Sequence record: MW749006.1
Direction: 5' to 3' (one strand)
Length of the DNA: 64,000 nucleotides
Position numbers and translations under genes: made by a program. Positions 47,615-57,213 of the stretch are shown piece by piece. Under the pieces are notes generated by a model. It worked only from the letters and a program-made list of their open reading frames with translations. It made no database searches and was not told the DNA's origin. Numbering within the stretch: position 1 is the stretch's first letter; each line of letters opens with the position of its first letter.

Positions 47615-49768
47615 TTAACGTCTTTGCAGTGACTTCAACTTCTTATCTCTATCTATAGACTCTAACATCTCTTCAATAGAAACAGCTCCACTACCATTAC
47701 CATTATTCATATCTCTTGCATACATACGAATCTTAATTTCTAACTTTCTAGCTATGGTTGGATTAGTTTCTTCCTCATAAGCTTCAAGTAAGTTATTGAA
47801 GTCACGTTCCATCTCCATAGCTTCTTCTTCGTTCATCTTTCTTTCTAAAGTAGCAAACTTATCATTCAAGTAGATGTTGTTAGCTCTAAGTATCTTACCA
47901 CTATCAACACCATAGACGTTTAAGTTTACACCATTAGTTAGTAACCAGAAAGATAACAAGGCAGCAATAACCATATCGTCACTACCACCAGACGGGTGAT
48001 CTATTCGATTGTTCTTAACTACTAGCCCAGATAGCTGACTAATAATATCCTGGTCTCTAGTGAGGTGTGCGGTGTACTTTAACATAGTCATTAGAGTAAC
48101 ACTATATAACTCTGAACGAGCTGTGACGCCAGCACCAGACGTTGTAAAGCCTATGTGTTTCTTATACTTGATGAAAGTATACTCATCAGAAGGACGAGCT
48201 TCCATTATCTCTTTATACTCTCTAGGATATTTCTCTTTATTTTGTACGATTGTATTATATAGTCTAGTGTATGGATTAATATCTTTAGCTAATAACTTAG
48301 TGATCATATAGTCAATAATACTAGCAGCAGAAGAACGTCTCTCAATAATCATTACTGAATTACGATACTTAAGTAAGAACGACACAAAGAAGTCTGCTAA
48401 CGTAATCAAGTTGATCTCGTTAAACACAGCAGTAATGATAACTTCACCTGTAGTGTGATCTCTTACTACGAAAGTAATGTCATCTCCACCAGCTCCGTCT
48501 GAAGTATCTACCCCAATAACAAATGAATGACCAGCAGCTTCTCGTTGAGCTAAATCTTCATCTGTAATGTACTTAGTTATTAAGTAGTTGTGAGGTGCAT
48601 AAAACTCAGTGTAAGGATTTTCAACAACATGTTCTTTAAGTAGTTCCAAATACTCACGAGGGATAGGAGATACGTTACTACCTGAGATCCACATGCTGAA
48701 AAGATCTCGCTTGATGTTCTCAGCAGAAGAGATGTTCTCACTAAGACGCTCTTGTAACCATTCTTCACTATAACCTAACTGACGATAACTAAGAGAGATG
48801 TTAACGATAGGACGTTTAGTCTGATTCTTAGTAGCTCGTGAGTTCTTGTAGATATTCTCTAGAAGTTCCTTGTGATCTACACTGTCATAGAACTTCTCGT
48901 TTAGACGAGTAGAACCAGTAACAATACCGTAGATGTAAGCACCATCTCTATCGTCAATGTTACCTGCAGTAGTTGCTAAGATAGTACCGTAAGGTTTACC
49001 ATTGACACGAGCAGATTCACGAGCAGCGTTACCTGACATGAGCATAGCACCCATAGCGATAGCGATGTTCTCAATGAAGGCTGCCTCGTCAATCATGTTA
49101 ATAGGTGAAGTAAAACCACGACCTACCTTCTCAGCTTGTTTAGGTGAACTAGACGATAGACTACCCTGAACTTTGTTCTTAAGTAAATCAATAGAAACTT
49201 CATCTCCGTTAAAGATATCTTTCTTAGTAGAGAAGTTTAAGTAATCAGGTAGGTCTTCAAACATCTCTTTTACTTTAGAGAGTGTTTCACCTTTAAGAGT
49301 TTCTGAACGAGTCAAGAAGTTAATAAAGGTGTTAGTAGCACCAAAGTTTAGAAGGTATGTAAACAGAGCTACGATGGATGTTGTCTTACCTGTTTGTCGA
49401 AGGATAATGATTAAAGTAGTAATGTGGTTAAAGAACATCCAGTACAAACCAATGTTAGCTCGATTACCTTGGAAGTGTATTGTCTCCATACTACCTTTAA
49501 CTGAGATACGCTGAACTTCTCTTAAGTAATACCAGAAGTTAACCTTACACTCCATAATTATCTTTGCTTGCGTTTCTATAGTTAAGTTTGGGTCATAAGG
49601 ATCTACGTCCTTTAACTCTGGTTGTGTGAGAGCTAATAGGAAGGCACAGTTCTCCACACCCATCTTGTTATATACATGAGCTAAGTGTAAGAATGATTTG
49701 TTTTTTGTTTCATAATGAATGACTGCACGAGGATACTTCATCCAGTCGTTAGCAAATAAAATGGTCAT
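47615..49768 (-). CDS. terL: Terminase large subunit (phiKZ gp25-like)
   Basis: ECKVNFWYYLREV, Walker A LRQTGKT, Walker B IDEAAF, coupling TTAG, nuclease IGVDTSDG and DDMVIA. Confidence 0.93.
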   Translation of the reverse strand: MTILFANDWMKYPRAVIHYETKNKSFLHLAHVYNKMGVENCAFLLALTQPELKDVDPYDPNLTIETQAKIIMECKVNFWYYLREVQRISVKGSMETIHFQGNRANIGLYWMFFNHITTLIIILRQTGKTTSIVALFTYLLNFGATNTFINFLTRSETLKGETLSKVKEMFEDLPDYLNFSTKKDIFNGDEVSIDLLKNKVQGSLSSSSPKQAEKVGRGFTSPINMIDEAAFIENIAIAMGAMLMSGNAARESARVNGKPYGTILATTAGNIDDRDGAYIYGIVTGSTRLNEKFYDSVDHKELLENIYKNSRATKNQTKRPIVNISLSYRQLGYSEEWLQERLSENISSAENIKRDLFSMWISGSNVSPIPREYLELLKEHVVENPYTEFYAPHNYLITKYITDEDLAQREAAGHSFVIGVDTSDGAGGDDITFVVRDHTTGEVIITAVFNEINLITLADFFVSFLLKYRNSVMIIERRSSAASIIDYMITKLLAKDINPYTRLYNTIVQNKEKYPREYKEIMEARPSDEYTFIKYKKHIGFTTSGAGVTARSELYSVTLMTMLKYTAHLTRDQDIISQLSGLVVKNNRIDHPSGGSDDMVIAALLSFWLLTNGVNLNVYGVDSGKILRANNIYLNDKFATLERKMNEEEAMEMERDFNNLLEAYEEETNPTIARKLEIKIRMYARDMNNGNGSGAVSIEEMLESIDRDKKLKSLQRR

Positions 49769-49857
49769 GTAACAGTCTCCTCATATACCAGACAATTGAC
49801 CATCCTTTTCATTTTCTAATATAAGTTAGATCGTTTGACTTATTAGAGGATACTCAG

Positions 49858-52800
49858 ATGTTAATGTTATATCAACAATTTATCCTGCGCCAAGCTGTAA
49901 AGAATTCAATGTACTTAATTAACCCACCTGTGATGGAAGCAAGTGAGTTAACAGTACCTAGATACACAGTTCTTCACTATCTAGATACAACCTCAGATAG
50001 ACACTTCCCAGATAGAGAACTTTATTACTTTAAAGAGATTGAAAAGAATAAGAAGATACCTATATTACACGTAACTGACTTGTTGTATAAAGAAGACGTT
50101 ACCGTATTAGAGAACAAGTACGTAGGTGCTGAAGTTCGTAAATGGGGACGTTCTAACATTAAGAGTTTTAGAGGTAGTGACCTTGACATCACTCCTAACT
50201 CATCAGTAACAGTGATCGGTGTTTATAACTACAACCTTTTAAAGGATATGTATAAGTATAAAACAACGTTACTTAGTGACTATAATGAACACCAGAACTT
50301 ATATAGAACTTACTGGGACACTATAAAGAAAGCAGTGGATTTAGATCAGGAGTCTAGACACTTAGTAACTATAGAGTTACCCGTACATGTGCCAAGTTAT
50401 AACGTCTTGAAACGCCTCATTCAGTTTACACCAGTGAAGTATAGTCGTGTTGTTAAAGACGATAAACTCAAAACTATCATTGAGTTAGTTAAATGGTTAG
50501 ATCCACAGGAAGAAGGTACTTCCGTGATGTCTAAGATTACTGAAGAGGATTCCTTAAAGATAATCATTGAGTTCAAGTATAAAGGTTATAGTTGTATAGT
50601 TCCTTTATCTACTTTAATGTCTGTCCACGAGAAGTCTACTTTAGAATCAAGTATAAAGATGGGCCCTATTAAAGCTTTGAAGTTGTTCATTGTCTTTCTT
50701 CGACGTATTCAAGATCGAGTAGTTGGAATCACTGATAAACTAGGTGATCCTTTAGAGATTGAAGATAAGTTAGAAGTAGATCAGACTGAAGAGACTACAG
50801 ACGCTCCAGAGGGCGCACAAGACTACGAGGGAGAAGATAGTGGTGAAGATGATGAAACACCAAGCTATCGCGATAGAATCCTTCCTATAGCGTCTCTAGC
50901 TCCTAAGAGAGAGTTAGTTGGTACTGTGATTGATAAGTTATCTGATATAGGATCTGTTCCTGAAATTCCTAAGTATCAGTTTAACCAACCAAAGAAAATA
51001 ACTATACCAGCTATAGCTAATAAAGTACTAAAGAAAAAAGATATAAGTGACGATGATATCTTTGTTAATAGATCAGCAGACATAGACGTAGATCAAATCC
51101 TTAAGGAGATGGATGAAGAAGTAGACGGGATGGATGAGTACTACGAACAAGCTATCATGGGTGGAGGAGAAGACAGTCCAGATACGTTTAACGTGGACTA
51201 TAGTGATAATCTTCGAGAAGACTTGTTGAGAGACATTGACTTAGATAGTAAGTACGAGAACTTCGTAGCTACTGCTAAAGAGTTTAACAGTATGTCTTCT
51301 TCTGAGTTACGTAGTGTTAGTAAGTCTAAAGAGAAACGTGCTACTCTTAAATCCCCTTATGCTAAAGACATTGCTTTAGATACTTACACTGTACCTGATA
51401 AGTTTGGTTCATTGTTAGACAGTGAGGCTATCGGTCTGAATGAGGATATTCCCCATGTTAGTTCTGTCTATAAACAAGACGTACTTAAAGCCTTCGATGA
51501 TAACTATCTGAAGAAACAATACAAGAAAGACATTGTTGCTAACGTAGTTAATCTAGAGAAAGCTGGAGTTATCATCAGTGACTATGAAGTAGAAGAAGTA
51601 AACACTTCTACTGATAACTATGAAGTGCATCGTCTATCTATTCGTCCTTTGAACGGTAAAGAATCAACAGTTCTGTTTCGTTTACCTAAGATAGATAGTG
51701 AAGGTAAGATGCGTTCAGGTAACATCATTACTAAACTACGTAAAGTTAGAACCGATCTACCTATCCGTAAAATCACTCCTACTAAAGTTGCCTTAAGTAG
51801 TAACTATGGTAAGTTCTTTGTGTTTCGCACAGAACGAAGTGCTTACGATCCTTATAAGTACTATGTAGACTTCATTAAGAATTCTTACTTAGACGAAGAT
51901 GGTTTAATTAAGAAAGTAGTTCCACGTAGAAAAAGTCTTAATACTAAGAAGTTCCCTAACGTATACGCTGCCCTAACTAGTGAGTTTAATGAAGTACAAA
52001 CTGAAGGAGCTACTTTACTCCTAGACTATGAGAACAGACATACCTTTGTAGATGAACTAACTCATAAAGACTTGGAGACGAAGAACTTACTATTAGCTGG
52101 GTATTTGAACGGGAAAGGAGATCGTAGTAAAAACATACTAGTAGTGGATATGAACAACAAGTTCTATAACTACACTAACAACATGGAGTTAGTTGGGACA
52201 TTAGAAGATGTTCTAGGTATGGACGTTTCTAAAACACCTAAACCGTTTAGTATGGTTAAAGTGTTGGGTGATAATATCGCATTAGGTCTAGCTCTAAGTT
52301 ACTATGTTGGTTTAAACAATCTACTAGCTATCACTAAGACCGAGTTTAAACTACTAGGTCCTCGTGAAAGATATACTCCAGAGAAAGGTGAGTTAGTTCT
52401 AAGGTTCAGTGATCATAAGTTAGTTATAATAACAGAGAGACAAGAGCAAGAGTTATTGTTCAATGGTTTCTTGTTTTATGAGAACTACACTAAACAACAC
52501 GAACTAGTTCGCTTTAACAATAAAGACATTTATCTAGGTATGGTCGAGTTACGTAACTCAGGAATGATTCATCTTAAAGAAATGGATTTGTTACGTGAGT
52601 TGTTCTTAGATCCTATTACCATTGATGTTCTAAAAGAAATGGAAGAACCACACGAGTATATCCCTTTACTTTTAAAAGCCAACAAGTTGTTAGAGACTTT
52701 AGATCACCCGGATATTAATGATCCACGTATTAGTCGCATTCGTGGTTATGATCGGGTCCCTGGTCTCATGTACAAGGTGTTGACTGAATCAGTTAGGGAA

Positions 52801-54105
52801 CATAGAATCAAAGGTAGAAAGAACTCCAAGATAGAACTAGACCCTTATAAGGTATGGAACTATGTATTGTCCGATAACACTACCAAGATAACTGAAGAGA
52901 CTAACCCTGTAGTTGATCTTAAAGAAAAGGAAGTAATTACTTTCACTGGTAAAGACGGTATGAGTGCTAGCGCTATACCGATGAAGATGAGATCGTATCA
53001 CGAAGAAGATATAGGTTTAATGTCAGAAGCCACTGTAGATAGTAAAGACGTAGCTATTAGCGCTTATCTATCTCCACACGCTAAGATAAAGAACACTCGT
53101 GGTATGGTTTTAGATAACACTGACGAGTATATAAAAGAAAAGGGTACTGTGTTTTCAACCTCTGCTTTATTAGCACCTATGGTTGAGAACGATGACCCCA
53201 AACGAATCAACTTCGTAAATATCCAGAACGGACACACTATCTCAGCGGTTGGGTATGTTCAACCAACTATTCGAACAGGCTATGAATATGTCATGCCATA
53301 TCGAGTAGGTCCTCTGTATGCTTCTATGGCAGAAGAAGACGGTGAGGTTGTTTCTGTTACTGATAAACAACTGGTAGTTAAATACAAGTCAGGTGAAGTC
53401 AAAGCTATTAAAGTAGGTACACAATACGGACGAATGGAAGGTTCAGTTTATCCACACAGCTTAGTGACTGATCTAACTCCAGGTAAGAAGTTTAAGAAAG
53501 ATGTAGCTCTTGCATATAACGAGAATTTCTTCGAGAAAGATTGGTTAGATTCGACTAAGCTCTTAATGAAGTTTGGTAAGAACATCTCCGTTGCTTTAAC
53601 TGCTAATGATGAAACCTACGAAGATAGTTGTTCTGTATCTGATACTTTAAGTGAAGGAATGACTACCTCTATTATTAAAGAGAAGATCTTTATTATTGAG
53701 TCAACTAAAAACATAATCAACTTAGTTCCTATCGGTTCTAAAGTAGATCCTAATACACCTTTGTTTTCTATAGTAGATGAAACTACAGACTACAATAACT
53801 TATCTGAAACCTCAGTTGACTTACTACAGAACTTAGCCACTATGTCTCCTAGAGCCAAAGTCTATGGTGAAGTAGAACGTTATGAGATTAAATATAACGG
53901 TGAGTTAGCTGATATGTCTCCTACTTTTAGGAAGTTAGCTAACAAACTAGATAAGGATTTATTTGAAGAAACTAAAGGCACTGAATACGAAGCTAAGAAT
54001 AATAGAATTACAGCAGAGTATCGTTCAGAAGGAAAGAACTTAAACGTAGACACTTTAGAACTAAAGATCTATGTTACAGTACAACTTGGCATGGGTATTG
54101 GTGAT
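49858..54105 (+). CDS. Virion RNA polymerase beta subunit (phiKZ gp178-like), exon 1
   Basis: RKVRTDLPIRKI, KRIRGYDR-like region, GLMSEATVDSKDVA, DDPKRINF...IQNGH, QPTIRTGYE; ends MGIGD just before an in-frame TAA that starts the intron. Confidence 0.9.
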
Positions 54106-55776
54106 TAACTAAAGTAACTAATTTACATCAACTATTATGTGAAAATATATGGTAGTAGGTGGTTAAGGTGTATAATATACTTCGCGTAAATAAAAGATAT
54201 TCGATTGATCTTCAAGGTAATGTTAAGTTAGACGATGTCAAAATTGTAGATAAAGATTCCACTGAAAAAGTAACAATTGAGATTGAAGGTAAGTTATTTA
54301 AACTATGTCCTATATGGTTGGGTTTAATAGCTCACTATCAAGTAGAGGTTTCTGTTAAAGATCTCTTTAATATTTCTTTTGTAAAGTGTGTGAGTAAACT
54401 CTTACGCTATCGGTGTGAAAATAAAATGGTTTTTAATAAACCAATTATCTACAAACCTGGATTTAGGGTAGTTCCCGATTTGATGAGATACGCTGTATCT
54501 AGAAACGGTGAAGTCATTTCTATAAATACAGACAGGTCTTTAAAGATTCAAACTGGCCCTAATGGTTATCCGGTTGTAAATCTTTACGATCCAGACAAAA
54601 ATCGTTATAGGTCAGTTGGCGTTCATATACTAGTGGCTAGAAGTTGGGTTGTAAATCGTAATCCAACTATTAACCACGTTGTGAATCATAAAGACGGAAA
54701 CAAAACTAACTATCATTACCTTAACTTAGAGTGGACTAACGGAGTTAAGAATAACATACACGCCAGAGATACTGGATTAACGTCAGATAACATTAACTGT
54801 ACACTTTACGACACTGAGACTCACAAATTTGTAGACTTTCCTTCTATCTCCGAAGCCGCTAAAGCTATAGGATATATTAGAAGTTCTATAAAGACAACAA
54901 TAGTGTTGAATGGAGTTAAACAATTAAGGTTAATCTTTGGTAGATATTATCTTATCCGAAAAGACTGTGAGTTTAAAATTGAAGATGTTAAAACCTTTTT
55001 AGAGTTTAAAAGAACTGCCAATAAAGGACCTTACGAAGTATTATGTATTAAAAGTGGGGAAACCATGACGTTAAACTCTGTACCGGAAATTACAAGACAT
55101 ATAGGTATAAATGAGTCGAATATCTACCATGCTTTAGGTAGAGGACCAAGTTATCCTGTAGGAGATTTCCTAGTTAGAGTTAAAACAGATAAACCATGGC
55201 CTAAACCAGTTCCTCGTAAGGTAATAAATCGACCTGTTAGTATAGAAGCTAGGAAAGACGGTAAGTCTTTAGTCTTTAAATCTATACGCGAAGCTACAAC
55301 CCATCTAGAGTGCGACAAGAGTACTATAACTAAAAGACTTAAAAGTCCGGATAGGTTTGGTGCTTATGAAGGATGGACCTTTAAAAAAATAGTTACAATA
55401 TAGTCCTATTACAACGAAACTTGTAATAGAATTCTCTCTAATTGACGGGAAAATCCTTAGAGCTTTATCTACCAAACTACTACAGGAAACTTAGTAGCGG
55501 CTAACAGTAATGTGTTAGGTACGGTAAAAAAGATAAAGATTGGGTGATCCGCAGCGAAGCTTCTAAATATAGTCGGGAGACTAGATACGAAGAACGTTCA
55601 ACGACTACATGACTTACCATCAAGTAGGAGTCAGTGACTCCAAAACGGGAGACACCTTAGCGTGTGTAATGACGTAGGTGAAGATATAGTCTGTTCCTGA
55701 AGGAAAGCTTCAGGCGGTGCCGCTCTAACTGATAGAGACAGGCCGGGTAAGCGTAACGAACTTACTGGACATAAAG
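54106..55776 (+). mobile_element. Group I self-splicing intron with homing endonuclease
   Basis: 5' exon ends in U (GAT|TAA); intron ends in G (AAAG|AAA). Core elements P AATTGACGGGAA (~55440), Q GATCCGCAGC (~55546), R GTTCAACGACTA (~55596), S AAGATATAGTCT (~55680). Splicing restores IGD|KVVFGNQMKS. Confidence 0.88.
54159..55403 (+). CDS. Intron-encoded HNH homing endonuclease (NUMOD4-HNH-NUMOD1, I-HmuI-like)
   Basis: YAVSRNGEV (NUMOD4-like), VHILVARSW...VNHKDGNKTNYHYLNLEWTN...NNIHA (HNH), repeated F.SI.EAA/A...L C-terminal DNA-binding modules. Confidence 0.88.
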   Translation: MVKVYNILRVNKRYSIDLQGNVKLDDVKIVDKDSTEKVTIEIEGKLFKLCPIWLGLIAHYQVEVSVKDLFNISFVKCVSKLLRYRCENKMVFNKPIIYKPGFRVVPDLMRYAVSRNGEVISINTDRSLKIQTGPNGYPVVNLYDPDKNRYRSVGVHILVARSWVVNRNPTINHVVNHKDGNKTNYHYLNLEWTNGVKNNIHARDTGLTSDNINCTLYDTETHKFVDFPSISEAAKAIGYIRSSIKTTIVLNGVKQLRLIFGRYYLIRKDCEFKIEDVKTFLEFKRTANKGPYEVLCIKSGETMTLNSVPEITRHIGINESNIYHALGRGPSYPVGDFLVRVKTDKPWPKPVPRKVINRPVSIEARKDGKSLVFKSIREATTHLECDKSTITKRLKSPDRFGAYEGWTFKKIVTI

Positions 55777-55989
55777 AAAGTAGTTTTTGGTAACCAAATG
55801 AAATCAGTTGTTTCTGATGTATTTAGTTCTACTATTAAAACAGAAAGTAACAAAAGAGTTGAGGCTTTCTTCTCTTATGACGGTATCCTACGTCGTGTTG
55901 CTAACTCACCAATCCTAATGGGAACTACTAATAGATTGCTAAAAGAAGCTAGTAAACAAGTAACAAATATATACTTTAATAAGAAGTAA
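55777..55989 (+). CDS. Virion RNA polymerase beta subunit, exon 2
   Basis: KVVFGNQMKSVVSDV...EAFFSYDGILRRVANSP is in frame after the terminal intron G. Confidence 0.85.
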   Translation, partial: KVVFGNQMKSVVSDVFSSTIKTESNKRVEAFFSYDGILRRVANSPILMGTTNRLLKEASKQVTNIYFNKK

Positions 55990-55993
55990 CGAA

Positions 55994-56023
55994 TAGACCG
56001 ACAGGTTAACCCCTGTCGGTCTA
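55994..56023 (+). terminator. Terminator-like hairpin
   Basis: Perfect 12-bp stem TAGACCGACAGG/CCTGTCGGTCTA. Confidence 0.6.
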
Positions 56024-56065
56024 GCATTTTGTGAATGCATTCAACTTAACCAAGGATAGAGTCTT

Positions 56066-57082
56066 ATGTCTATTACCTTTCCACTCGATCACTCAGGAGT
56101 CGCTCCTACTAACTTAGTAACAGGCGAAATCCATAGCGTCAATGAGGCACACTTTAAAGACTACTTTTTCCTTGTGCCTAACTTTGCTCCTTTTTACGTA
56201 AAGAATTTTAAAGCAACCTTAACTCTAGGCGGCATCACTACTAACTTAGTGGAGGATGTTGACTTTAGTTTTGCTCTACCTTATGTTACTGGTACTCGTG
56301 TTACTGGTTCTGCTATGTATGGTGCTGTTACTTTACATAACTTAGATATCTCAGGTTTGATTACTATTGAATATCAGACTATCGGTGGAGATCAAATACC
56401 AGATAGATTACAAGTATTAACTGAGTTAGCAGATAGAGCTTATAATCCACGCACTACCATTTGGGATATCTTAACTAACGTACCAGACGCATTACCACCA
56501 ACTCCTCACTACCAAGACTACAATGACTTCTACGGTCAAGAAGAAGTTGTACGTGCTTTAGGTGAAGTACGTGATGCTATCTTAACTAATAGTTCTTTAA
56601 CACAAACTGAGATCCTTAAGTTTCTAGAGGCTTTAGGTTCAGGTGAGTTTAGTAACTACGTTAAGAAGACCGGTGATGAGATGACTGGTCCATTACTATT
56701 AGACGGTTTACCTACTGAAGACAGACACGCTGTAGTTAAGAAGTATGTAGACTTAAACTTTGTAAGTGATGATAAGTTAACTGCTGAGTTAAGTTTGTAT
56801 CTACAGATAGATGCTGCTATAGTTGAGTTTGCTACTAAAGTAAACAAAGGTGGAGATACCATGACTGGGTTTCTACATCTTAACGATGATCCAGTTGAAC
56901 CAACCCACGCAGTGACTAAAAAGTATGTAGATGATTTCTCTACTTTAGTTAATCAGAAGTTTGATGAATTAGATCAAGATTTGGTTGACGTCAATACAGA
57001 TAGAGTAACTAAAACTTATGTAGATGATCGCATTAATGAACTTAAAGCTTATATTGAAACATTAGCCTCATTCAGGTATTAA
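56066..57082 (+). CDS. Tail fibre base/baseplate-associated protein
   Basis: phiKZ-like N-terminus (FPLDHSGVAPTNLV...FFLVPNFAPFY) plus two MTG.L.L...P.....A..KKYVD fibre repeats. Confidence 0.65.
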   Translation: MSITFPLDHSGVAPTNLVTGEIHSVNEAHFKDYFFLVPNFAPFYVKNFKATLTLGGITTNLVEDVDFSFALPYVTGTRVTGSAMYGAVTLHNLDISGLITIEYQTIGGDQIPDRLQVLTELADRAYNPRTTIWDILTNVPDALPPTPHYQDYNDFYGQEEVVRALGEVRDAILTNSSLTQTEILKFLEALGSGEFSNYVKKTGDEMTGPLLLDGLPTEDRHAVVKKYVDLNFVSDDKLTAELSLYLQIDAAIVEFATKVNKGGDTMTGFLHLNDDPVEPTHAVTKKYVDDFSTLVNQKFDELDQDLVDVNTDRVTKTYVDDRINELKAYIETLASFRY

Positions 57083-57088
57083 CTAAAC

Positions 57089-57121
57089 CACAGGACATCC
57101 CGTTGTGGGTGTCCTGTGTTT
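57089..57121 (+). terminator. Hairpin/terminator
   Basis: CACAGGACATCC/GGGTGTCCTGTG followed by TTT. Confidence 0.6.
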
Positions 57122-57213
57122 AGCGTCTATAGCTGGTAGGAGAATATTAATTCAGTGGAGTTTCCACGACTACTAAACCGGTTAGCAGTCTTTCTTTTAT
57201 TGAGGAATTTTAC

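Noticed and set aside
41723-49768. Intein or intron in nvRNAP beta' or terminase
   Set aside because: Both ORFs are continuous, of expected length and without intein or intron motifs.
54106-55800. Frameshifted or truncated RNAP beta pseudogene
   Set aside because: The break has group I intron hallmarks (U|...G junctions, P/Q/R/S) and splices back in frame.
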